Shown: positions 51,254-60,081, counted from the first letter of the stretch. The stretch is 64,000 bases of DNA from Theionarchaea archaeon (GCA_018992685.1 JACVGT010000019.1:1-64000), one strand, 5' to 3'. Numbers and translations are program-made. The notes: a model not told the origin generated them from the sequence alone.

Positions 51254-52059
51254 TGGCTGTCGGAACCGTATTGATGTCGGCTGCACTGGAAAACCCGGTG
51301 GAGGGGTGGGCTGTCCTCATGGAAACCAATGATTTCCCTGGAGGGTACACTGATCTCCCTCTGGGCTTCGTGGATGTTGAACGAATGGAGACCCTGCTCC
51401 AGTACCACGGGTGGCAGAAATCACACATGCTACTAAGAAGAGATACTATTACGACGCAAGCAGTGAAGGAGGGTATTGCATACCTGCAGAAAGCAGATCA
51501 GAATGACATTGCTTTGTTCTACATTTGCTCTCACGGAGGATATCTGAGGCATGATCTCCAATGGAACAGTCTCATGCCTCCGCTCTGGGAGCGTGTTACC
51601 AGTGAAAAGAGAGTATTGATTATAGATTCCTGCTATGCAGGTTCCTTTCTGCCGGAAAGCGAGAGACCATACATCGGGATTGGCTCAGTTTCGGCTGACG
51701 AGCTTGGGTGGGCAGGCCTGCCAGAAGAGAACCTGCCTATTACCGGGTTCGTGTTCACCTACTACTTCTGCCAGTCCACCCTGGGAGTATCAGTTGAAGA
51801 GGGATTTGGAAGGGCCAGTCCCCAGGTACAGCAGTACATGCAGGATGTGGTCTATCCGGCTTTCAAGGAAGTCTATCCTCCCGAGCACTACAATGTCTAT
51901 GATCCTCATCCTGTGTTGAAGGATTCGTATCCAGGTGAGCTCTCCCTGTGGGTTGATGAGGGTGGAGTTTCTCTCTCTCAGGTTCTGGCTGTCCTGATGC
52001 TTCTCCTCCTGGGAATCATCCTTGCCCTGGATAGAAAAGGAATCTGTTCATGTGACTAG
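51250..52059 (+). CDS. Caspase/metacaspase-like (clan CD) peptidase with C-terminal TM
   Basis: FYICSHG and IIDSCYAG His-Cys dyad; start position uncertain. Confidence 0.8.
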   Translation: MMAVGTVLMSAALENPVEGWAVLMETNDFPGGYTDLPLGFVDVERMETLLQYHGWQKSHMLLRRDTITTQAVKEGIAYLQKADQNDIALFYICSHGGYLRHDLQWNSLMPPLWERVTSEKRVLIIDSCYAGSFLPESERPYIGIGSVSADELGWAGLPEENLPITGFVFTYYFCQSTLGVSVEEGFGRASPQVQQYMQDVVYPAFKEVYPPEHYNVYDPHPVLKDSYPGELSLWVDEGGVSLSQVLAVLMLLLLGIILALDRKGICSCD

Positions 52060-52166
52060 GAAATGTGTAATGAAAGGGACGCTATACGGGGAAGTGAAGG
52101 TTTTCATCCTTTGTTCCTCTGCGTGCCGGCCAAAAGCTTTATATTTCAACAGAAGCAATCTCTCCT

Positions 52167-53210
52167 GTGGAATCGACAACTGATATTCTGGAGAAACTCA
52201 TAGAAGAAGAACAGAGAATAAGGCAGAAAGCAGAAGAACTGGGACTCCATGTCGGAAAAGAGTCACTAGAAGAGGCTAAGAAGCCCTTCAGGGCCAAAGA
52301 AGGAATTCCCAGGACAGAACTCACTGAACGAGAGATGTCTCGGCTGCTGGCCGAAACGAGGGATATTCTTGACATCTACAGCTTGGATTATGTTTCTGAG
52401 CATTTTGATGAGGCTAAGAATCTGTATTACGCGCTGAAGGACAAACCCTTCTCGCCTGATTCTCTCATTGGATCACGAATCGTGCAGAATATCCAGGAGT
52501 TGAAGGAACGAATCGATGCAGTGGAAGAACAGGAATCTCCAACAAAACCACTGGAAGAACTGCTTTCTGATTCGAAGAGGCTTCTTGATTCTCTGGATTC
52601 ACTTGACGCAGTTCAGGCGAAACGGCGCTATGCTGATCTGCTGAAGAGACAGCAGGATGCGCCCAAGAATGTGGATCAGCCACTTGAAGTAGAAATCGAC
52701 GAGTACCTGCTGGAAATTGGGAAACGAATTCAGCGAACAGAAAAAAAGACATCTGAAGAAATTGGAGAAGAGCTTCTGGAAGAAATCAGCACGTTGATTG
52801 GATCCAAGAGTTTTGATCCTGAAGGATACAACAGGATTGCCAGAAAATTCCAGGAAATAGCAGATGATCTTCCTGAAGATCTCAAAGTGAAAATAAGAGA
52901 CCGCATACGCGAGTCCTTTGCCAAGATGAAGGATCTCGAACAAAAGGAACACGTTGAAGAACGAATACGGGAAGAACGTGCCAAGAAGTTCTACTGGGAT
53001 TCATTCGCTCAGGAGGTGGAACAACTGAAGGCCGATCTGGAGCGAGCAACACCTGGAGAGTTTTTCAGGCTCTACGATATCTACAATCAATTGCTGGACT
53101 CACTGGAACACGCAGATCTATCAGATGTTCATGCTGCCCAGATTGAGCGGGTAAAATCAATGATAGATCAGTGTTACTACATGCTGGAAGAACTCAGATC
53201 ACGAGCATGA
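52167..53210 (+). CDS. Hypothetical acidic all-helical protein
   Basis: Long E/K/L-rich ORF; TATA about 25 nt upstream. Confidence 0.7.
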   Translation: MESTTDILEKLIEEEQRIRQKAEELGLHVGKESLEEAKKPFRAKEGIPRTELTEREMSRLLAETRDILDIYSLDYVSEHFDEAKNLYYALKDKPFSPDSLIGSRIVQNIQELKERIDAVEEQESPTKPLEELLSDSKRLLDSLDSLDAVQAKRRYADLLKRQQDAPKNVDQPLEVEIDEYLLEIGKRIQRTEKKTSEEIGEELLEEISTLIGSKSFDPEGYNRIARKFQEIADDLPEDLKVKIRDRIRESFAKMKDLEQKEHVEERIREERAKKFYWDSFAQEVEQLKADLERATPGEFFRLYDIYNQLLDSLEHADLSDVHAAQIERVKSMIDQCYYMLEELRSRA

Positions 53211-53214
53211 TACC

Positions 53215-53997
53215 CTATTTGGGGAGTCGTCCCAGTTCCACCACTCCTTTGGAAACAATGCGCTGTACCGTTGTTCTGGATCCGATCTTCAGGCTGCCAT
53301 CACACATGACTTTCTGAAGAACGCTGTCAGATCCCACGTAGATATCTCCTTTACAGTATACATCTTCTTTTACTTCACAGAAATTCCCTATTTCCAGCTG
53401 GACTTCTATGTTCACCGGCGAATTCATAATATTTCTGTCTCCAAGAGATGCATCCTTACCTTTTATAGAACCCTTGAACTCACACTCGGCTTTGCTCTTC
53501 ACCGTTGAAGCCACCACATCCCCATACACCATATTTTTGCTACCAAGGTGGACTTCTTCTCCTGCTTCAATATTCCCTTTTATAATGACTCCATCTCCGA
53601 GGTGGATGCTGCGGCTGGTTTTCAGCCCTCCTGTAAGAACCAGATCATCAGAGAGGCTAATGTCTGAGTCTCTGGCCACAATGGCAAAGGTTTTCAGGGA
53701 AATCTCATCCTTTTTCTGCTGTATTACCTGTTGAAGTTCGGATATTTCAAGATTCTTTTCTTCAATAATCTGTTTCAGCTGGCGTTCAGTTTCTGCAAAA
53801 TTTTCCACCTTGTCCAGGAGAGCCTGGTTATCCTCAGTCAGCCTTTCGGCTACCTCTCGTAACTTGGACACTCCGCCGTATTCCTTCCTGTAGGTTTCCA
53901 ACTCCCTGGTGATACGGGAGTTTTCGTCCCGCAATTCGGTGGCCATCCGTCTTAGAGATTCTATAACCTCATCTTTTCCTTTGTCAAAGAGCCCCAT
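53215..53997 (-). CDS. Coiled-coil + bactofilin-like beta-helix protein
   Basis: N-terminal heptads; repeated IKGNIEAGEEVHLG / VYGDVVA strands. Confidence 0.7.
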   Translation of the reverse strand: MGLFDKGKDEVIESLRRMATELRDENSRITRELETYRKEYGGVSKLREVAERLTEDNQALLDKVENFAETERQLKQIIEEKNLEISELQQVIQQKKDEISLKTFAIVARDSDISLSDDLVLTGGLKTSRSIHLGDGVIIKGNIEAGEEVHLGSKNMVYGDVVASTVKSKAECEFKGSIKGKDASLGDRNIMNSPVNIEVQLEIGNFCEVKEDVYCKGDIYVGSDSVLQKVMCDGSLKIGSRTTVQRIVSKGVVELGRLPK

Positions 53998-54157
53998 GCT
54001 GTTCAACCTCCATTCTTTTTTTCTACAGCATATATATAGCTTTTTCCATTGCCATTGCCGGACTGGTGAAGACCACATCCATTGTCAAGTCAGGCTCTGT
54101 TCTTCATACGTGGCTGAGCAGAAAAGTCGTTTTCTTTCGCCAATGCGAAAATAAAGT

Positions 54158-54619
54158 TCACATTGAGGATTTTCTCTCAGTCAGCTCGAACAAGCAGTAG
54201 CTATCTCCGGCAGCCTGACAGGAGGTCTCCCTGTACATGATGTCTTCTTTACTGTAATATCTGGAAACCAGCCCCTCGAAAAACCCAGCCAGAAAATGAC
54301 ACACGGGGTCATTACTTTCCGCATAGCCAGAAGCAATCGGAGAATCAGTAACCTGGAACTGAAATTCTTCAGGATGAAAGGTAGCCCTCACAAAGCCAGT
54401 GGCTTCCAGCTCGGCCAAAAGATCCTGGATGGTGGCGCCTTCATCTTCTGATTGCATGATTTCCATGTACTTGTCGCCAAATTCCTTTCCTGCAGAGTAG
54501 AGAACTTTGGCCGCAGAGGGCCCAATGGAATCCTCCAGCGTTTTCTGGATTTTCATGAAAATGCTGTTAAGCACCACTAGCTTCCTCTTTTTTTCCACCG
54601 GCAGCAATTCTTTCATCAT
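54158..54619 (-). CDS. V4R-domain protein
   Basis: LY.AGKEFG, PVCHFLAGFFEG, ETSC.AAGD.YC.F. Confidence 0.9.
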   Translation of the reverse strand: MMKELLPVEKKRKLVVLNSIFMKIQKTLEDSIGPSAAKVLYSAGKEFGDKYMEIMQSEDEGATIQDLLAELEATGFVRATFHPEEFQFQVTDSPIASGYAESNDPVCHFLAGFFEGLVSRYYSKEDIMYRETSCQAAGDSYCLFELTERKSSM

Positions 54620-54742
54620 ATATCCTTTCAATCAGGACTTTATAAAGGTATAGGAGGCGAGCAAAGAGGTAGTAGACCTGCCTTCTTGCTGACATTTCAA
54701 GATCTGCTGCTCCGGTGTCTGCCATCACGCTGAGGAGCCACA

Positions 54743-55537
54743 CTACGAGCCAAACCAGGCATCTAGCCTCCTCTGCCCAGGCTGGGCCTTCCTGTACGGG
54801 ATGTTCAGAAGGTCCTTCAACATTCGTGCGTTGCTGATTGCCTGCCCTCGGGGGTGATTATTGAACTGGAGATACAAAGTCTCGGTTGAGAGACGTATTT
54901 CTTGCACTTTGGGTACCCACTCCTTCAATTCTTCTTCTGAGTATTGATAGTCATACCAATGCGATGGGTTCCTTCCATGCCATCTAACATATCCAAGATC
55001 TGATGTGATTCGTACGAGAGGTTCCATTTTCACAGAATCTGTCACAACAAAGGCGGCGTGGTCATCTCTGAGAAAGGAAACGTCAATTCTCGAGTCCCAG
55101 GAGGTGTGGCGGAACTCTACCGCAAACCGCACATTGTCAGGTAGAAAGTCCAAGAACTCCTTCAGGTTATCTTCATACTCTGTAGAGAACTTTGGAGGCA
55201 ATTGAATGAGGAAACAGCCCAGCTTTCCTGAATCTATGAGAGGAAACATCAAAGAATAGAATTCCTTGAACACCGGTTCTGAATTCTTGAGAAATCTCTT
55301 GTGAGTAATCTCTTTGGGGATCTTTGCGGTGAAGACAAAATCATCAGGTACCTTCTTGTTCCAGGAAATGACCGCGTACTTATTGGGTAGGGCATAGAAA
55401 GTGGAGTTAATCTCTACCAGATTGAATTCCCTTGCATAAAACTCTAACATCTTTCCCTTCTCAATGCCTTCAGGGTAAAACGGGCCAATCCAATCATCAT
55501 AGCTCCAGCCACTCGTTCCTATGTATAAGGTTCCCAT
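54743..55537 (-). CDS. DUF72 (YecE-like) protein
   Basis: IGTSGWSY, VEINSTFY, QLPP, EFRH, R.HG. Confidence 0.93.
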   Translation of the reverse strand: MGTLYIGTSGWSYDDWIGPFYPEGIEKGKMLEFYAREFNLVEINSTFYALPNKYAVISWNKKVPDDFVFTAKIPKEITHKRFLKNSEPVFKEFYSLMFPLIDSGKLGCFLIQLPPKFSTEYEDNLKEFLDFLPDNVRFAVEFRHTSWDSRIDVSFLRDDHAAFVVTDSVKMEPLVRITSDLGYVRWHGRNPSHWYDYQYSEEELKEWVPKVQEIRLSTETLYLQFNNHPRGQAISNARMLKDLLNIPYRKAQPGQRRLDAWFGS

Positions 55538-55720
55538 AGTAGGAGTTCTTCTGATACCAAAAAAATGTTACGGTTCCTGTGCTGTAATGAGCCCCTGTGA
55601 TACTTCTGCTCCTGTTCTGCTGAGCCCCCATATCGATGCAAGGCCTCACATCACACATCTTTTGTTCCCACATCGAAGGGACGTACTTCCAGCATCCGAG
55701 CTCAATCATCCACGTGTCAA

Positions 55721-55779
55721 CCGAAAGTCTTATAAGTAGTAGTTATTATAATAACAAGTAGCTACTACTAAAAGTAGTA
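55721..55779 (+). promoter_or_regulatory. BRE-TATA and perfect BlaI-type box of SBP paralog 2
   Basis: CCGAAAGT-CTTATAAG; TACTAC-TAAAA-GTAGTA at 55763-55779. Confidence 0.75.
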
Positions 55780-55799
55780 TCTACTACGGAAAATCGGAA

Positions 55800-55903
55800 C
55801 TCCAATACCGTCTGCTGGTTGAAGATGTCGGCCTCCTTGGATCGGTATTGCAGACACTGAACCCGATCAACATCACCTCCAGCAGATGGTATACAGAATG
55901 GAG
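55800..55903 (+). ncRNA. Structured 5' leader (long hairpin exposing CCUCCUU)
   Basis: 55805-55818 pairs with 55879-55892 (14 bp, 1 GU); inner GATGT/ACATC and GATCGG/CCGATC. Confidence 0.65.
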
Positions 55904-55921
55904 ACCAAAGGAGGAAGAAAA

Positions 55922-57811
55922 ATGAACACAAGAAAGATCTCAGTCGTATTGTCTGCCGTGTTACTTGCTTCTTTAACTCTATCCCTATTCGGAACCAGTA
56001 CTGTTGCACAAGAACAGCAGTGGAAAAAAGTGCCAACTACTGAAGACTATTCCAATTACCCCGCATTCTTTTCGATCACGCAGATTGCCCCCATTGGGAA
56101 CAAGGTTAGGGAACAGTATACACAGGCAGCCAACCTCGAAATGAGAAAAATCGGCATAGGGGCTGACTTCAGAATGCTGGAGTTCGGAGACCTGATCAAC
56201 AGGGAATTCAACAACTACTATGGCAGCACATTTGCTGAAGATGGATTCGACATTTCTTCATTCGGCTGGTCAGTGGGAGTAGACCCCGATCCCTTTGACA
56301 GTTTCCACTCTTCTGCAATGACCCCCATAGGTAACAACATTACATTCTGGTACTGCCCGGAAGCTGATGAGATGCTCTCTCTCGCACGAGTTGAACTTGA
56401 CCAGCAAGCCAGAAAGGAATACCTGTGGAGATTCCAGGAGATTGTTGCGGATGAAAAGCCCTACTGTGTGGTGTATGTGCCACTGCTCATCTGGGCCTCC
56501 ACAGATCAACTGGAAGGCTTTAATTCACTGATGTGGCAGCAGAACTTTGATGCTGTAACCTGGTCAATTCCAGGAAAAGACACCGTTGTCTATGGTACAC
56601 CCGCAGCTGTCGAGGGTATGCTGCCCTGGAGATGGAACTCAGTGTATGGACACTATCTTCACAACCAGATATTTGAGACATTGTGGACCGTTGCTCCAGA
56701 CCTCACCATTGAATCAAGAATTGCTGACTCTGCAACAGAAGGACCTTCAATCGTATTTGCCCCTAGCACTCTTGATGATGCTTCAATTGAGGCTCTCGGA
56801 CCTGATGTCAAGAAGTGTGTGGTGAACACCAAACTCGCAGGTCCTGTTGTGTTCCCCGAATACTACGACATCAAAATCAAAGAAGGCATCATGTTCCACG
56901 ATGGCGTGGAGATGACCAGTGAAGATGTCAAGTGGTCAATGGATGCCTGTGTCAGCGCAGACACCGCCTTCCAGGGATGGGGTACCTTCAGAGATGTATA
57001 TTCCAGCTCAGAAATCCTTGACAAGTACACACTGAGAGTGTATGTCGGGATGCCCCACGCAGCATGGGTACAGTATTGTAATCCATATGTATTGCCCAAG
57101 CATATCTATGGTGGCATTCCTATAACAGGAGCAGAAGCTGCCACCAGCTGGATGGAATCTGACATCAACAGAGGAGACACTGTCATTGGTTCAGGACCCT
57201 TCATGTTTGATTCCTGGGAAGCTGACCAGTTCTGGAAGATGAAGAAGACACCTGACTACTGGGGTTCTGCATATGGATATCTTGAAGCAGGATGCGACTT
57301 CCTGATACTGAAATTGATACCCGAGAGAGAGGCAGCCCGTGTTGCCCTGGAAACTGGAGAAATTGACATCATGTGCTGCTACTACCAGCTCGGAGCAATT
57401 GCTCAGGACCTGGAAGCTACCCCCGGCCTAGTGTTGTGGACCACAGAAGACTTCGGCTACCAGCACCTGCACTTCAACTGCCGCAACCCGTACCTTGCCA
57501 ACAAGTACGTGAGACAGGCCATTTCCTCCTGTATTGACAGACAGGGAATTGTGGACAAGTTGCTGGGTGGTTATGGTGTGCCTGGTGCCAACCCTGTTGC
57601 CGTTCCCTCGTGGGCCTTCAACACCAACATTGCACCAGACCCATACGATCTGGACAAGGCACGAGAGTTGATGGACACGGCAGGATATCGCTACTACGTC
57701 CTAGAAAAGACGGTGAGCACAGGCGGAGAAGAGGAAGCTGGAGGCGGATTCTGTCTGGGAACCCTGTTTATAGCCCTTATGAAGACTAATCATCTATTCA
57801 GGAGAGAGTGA
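55922..57811 (+). CDS. oppA: Family 5 SBP paralog 2 (circularly permuted, orphan, degenerate anchor)
   Basis: Close paralog of 41395-43314; ends CLGTLFIALMKTNHLFRRE. Confidence 0.9.
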   Translation: MNTRKISVVLSAVLLASLTLSLFGTSTVAQEQQWKKVPTTEDYSNYPAFFSITQIAPIGNKVREQYTQAANLEMRKIGIGADFRMLEFGDLINREFNNYYGSTFAEDGFDISSFGWSVGVDPDPFDSFHSSAMTPIGNNITFWYCPEADEMLSLARVELDQQARKEYLWRFQEIVADEKPYCVVYVPLLIWASTDQLEGFNSLMWQQNFDAVTWSIPGKDTVVYGTPAAVEGMLPWRWNSVYGHYLHNQIFETLWTVAPDLTIESRIADSATEGPSIVFAPSTLDDASIEALGPDVKKCVVNTKLAGPVVFPEYYDIKIKEGIMFHDGVEMTSEDVKWSMDACVSADTAFQGWGTFRDVYSSSEILDKYTLRVYVGMPHAAWVQYCNPYVLPKHIYGGIPITGAEAATSWMESDINRGDTVIGSGPFMFDSWEADQFWKMKKTPDYWGSAYGYLEAGCDFLILKLIPEREAARVALETGEIDIMCCYYQLGAIAQDLEATPGLVLWTTEDFGYQHLHFNCRNPYLANKYVRQAISSCIDRQGIVDKLLGGYGVPGANPVAVPSWAFNTNIAPDPYDLDKARELMDTAGYRYYVLEKTVSTGGEEEAGGGFCLGTLFIALMKTNHLFRRE

Positions 57812-57988
57812 CACTATTTGAAATCTCCTGATTGAGCCAAAAATCCCATAAAGATTTTATCCTTCAACCTAAGAACTCAACCTGTCAACATTTCTTATCC
57901 AGTATTACCAATAGTGTCATGACATATGCACCTTTCATCCCACTACCATAGCAGCAAGTAGCTCCGGGAGAAAGAACATTAATTCCAA

Positions 57989-58048
57989 GCGAAAGTTTTA
58001 TAAAGCACAGTAACTACTAAATTCAAGTAGTTACTATTTTAAATAGTA
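57989..58048 (+). promoter_or_regulatory. BRE-TATA and BlaI-type box of SBP paralog 3
   Basis: GCGAAAGT-TTTATAAA; TACTAT-TTTAA-ATAGTA at 58032-58048. Confidence 0.75.
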
Positions 58049-58064
58049 TCTACAACTGAGACAA

Positions 58065-58153
58065 TCCCGGACCGTTCACTGGATGAAGATGTCACCTCCT
58101 TTGATCGGTACTCTACATTCGATCCGACATCTCATCTGGTGGATGGTGCGGGA
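58065..58153 (+). ncRNA. Structured 5' leader homologous to 55800-55903
   Basis: 58071-58093 pairs with 58126-58147, with compensatory/GU changes relative to the paralog 2 leader. Confidence 0.65.
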
Positions 58154-58178
58154 AATGGAGACTAAAGGAGGATAAAAA

Positions 58179-60080
58179 ATGAATACGAAAAAGATTTCGG
58201 CAATCCTGTCAGTTGTGCTCGTTGCTTCTCTTGTGATATCCCTTTTCGGGACAACTACTGTCGCTCAAGAGGAAACCATGACACAAGTACCGTTCACCGA
58301 GGACTATTCCAAGTACCAGCCATTCTTTTCGATTACGCAGATTGCTCCCATCGGGAACAAGGTCAGAGAACAGTACACCCAGGCCGTCAACCTTGATATG
58401 CCAAAGATCGGCATTAAGGCTGACTTCAAGCTGCTGGAGTTTGGAGACCTGATCAACAGGGAGTTCAACAACTACTATGGTAGTACATTCGCTGAAGACG
58501 GATTCGACATCTCTTCATTCGGCTGGTCGGTGGGTGTAGACCCCGATCCCTTTGACATATTCCACTCTTCTGCAATGACCCCCATAGGTAACAATGTGAC
58601 GTTCTGGTACTGCCCTGAGTCTGACGAGATGCTGGCCAAGGCACGAGTCGAATCAAATCAGGAAACCAGAAAGGAATACCTGTGGAGATGGCAGGAAATT
58701 ATTGCAGATGAACAGCCCTACTGTGTGGTGTATGTGCCACTGCTCATCTGGGGCTCAACAGATCAGCTGGAAGGCTTTGACCCACTGTTGTGGCTGCAGA
58801 ACTATTCTCTGGAAACATGGGAAATTCCAGGAAAGGATACCATTGTCTATGGATCACCTGCGGCTGTCGAGGGTATGCTGCCCTGGAGATGGAACTCAGT
58901 GTATGGTCGTTATCTGCATTCACAGATCTTTGAGAGTCTGTGGCTTGTGGATAACAACCTGGTGATTTCACCCCGACTTGCAGAATCAGCAACAGCAGGG
59001 CCTACCATTGTGTTCGCCCCCAGCGCTATTGATGATGCTTCAATTGAGGCTCTGGCCCCTGATGTCAAAAAGTGCAAGGTGAATGACAAGCTCGCAGAGC
59101 CTGTCGTATTCCCCGAGTACTATGACCTCAAGATCAGGCAGGGCATCATGTTCCACGATGGCGTGGAGATGACCAGTGAAGATGTCAAGTGGTCAATGGA
59201 TGCTGTCATCAGTGCAGACACTGCCTTCCAGGGATGGGGTACCTTCAGAGACATATATGACAGCTCTGAGATTATTGACAAGTACACGGTAAGAGTATAT
59301 GTCGGAATGCCCCACGCAGCATGGGTTCTGTACTGCAACCCAACTGTACTGCCCAAGCATGTCTATGGTACTATCCCCATAACAGGAGCAGAAGCTGCCA
59401 CTAGCTGGATGGAGTCTGACATCAACAGGGGAGAGAACGTCATTGGTTCTGGACCCTTCATGTTTGATTCCTGGGAAGCTGACCAGTTCTGGAAGATGAA
59501 GAAGACACCCAACTACTGGGGTGTCAAGTATGGTGTTCCCGACCCACAATTCGAATACTTCCTCATCAAGCTGATACCCGAGAGAGAAGCTGCACGTGTC
59601 GCTCTGGAAACTGGAGAAATTGACATCATGGACACGTACTACCAGCTCGGAGCAATTGCTCAGGATCTGGAAGCTACTCCTGGGTTGAAGCTGTGGACCA
59701 CAGAAGACTTCGGCTACCAGCACCTGCACTTCAACTGCCGCAACCCGTACCTGGCCAACAAGTACGTGAGACAGGCCATTTCCCACTGTATTGACAGACA
59801 GGGAATTGTGGACAACCTGTTGGGTGGCTACGGTGTACCCGGTGCTAACCCTGTTGCCGTCCCGTCATGGGCCTTCAACACCAACATTGCACCAGATGCA
59901 TATGACCTGGTCAAGGCTCGGGAAATGATGGACAAGGCAGGATACCGCTACTTCATCGTTGAGAAAGCAGGCGCAGCTGGTGGAGAAGAGGAAGCCGGAG
60001 GCGGACTCTGTCTAGGAACCATGTTCATAGCCCTTATGGTCTTGGGCGGAAATCTGCTCTATCTCAAGAAGAAAGAGTAA
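58179..60080 (+). CDS. oppA: Family 5 SBP paralog 3 (circularly permuted, orphan) with CLGT-TM-basic tail
   Basis: Close paralog; ends GGGLCLGTMFIALMVLGGNLLYLKKKE. Confidence 0.9.
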   Translation: MNTKKISAILSVVLVASLVISLFGTTTVAQEETMTQVPFTEDYSKYQPFFSITQIAPIGNKVREQYTQAVNLDMPKIGIKADFKLLEFGDLINREFNNYYGSTFAEDGFDISSFGWSVGVDPDPFDIFHSSAMTPIGNNVTFWYCPESDEMLAKARVESNQETRKEYLWRWQEIIADEQPYCVVYVPLLIWGSTDQLEGFDPLLWLQNYSLETWEIPGKDTIVYGSPAAVEGMLPWRWNSVYGRYLHSQIFESLWLVDNNLVISPRLAESATAGPTIVFAPSAIDDASIEALAPDVKKCKVNDKLAEPVVFPEYYDLKIRQGIMFHDGVEMTSEDVKWSMDAVISADTAFQGWGTFRDIYDSSEIIDKYTVRVYVGMPHAAWVLYCNPTVLPKHVYGTIPITGAEAATSWMESDINRGENVIGSGPFMFDSWEADQFWKMKKTPNYWGVKYGVPDPQFEYFLIKLIPEREAARVALETGEIDIMDTYYQLGAIAQDLEATPGLKLWTTEDFGYQHLHFNCRNPYLANKYVRQAISHCIDRQGIVDNLLGGYGVPGANPVAVPSWAFNTNIAPDAYDLVKAREMMDKAGYRYFIVEKAGAAGGEEEAGGGLCLGTMFIALMVLGGNLLYLKKKE

Positions 60081-60081
60081 T

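Noticed and set aside
57903-57963. Additional operator-like half-sites upstream of paralog 3
   Set aside because: The half-sites do not form the 6-5-6 palindrome
41395-60080. Diversity-generating retroelement or shufflon behind SBP variation
   Set aside because: No reverse transcriptase or site-specific recombinase in the window; differences are not adenine-specific
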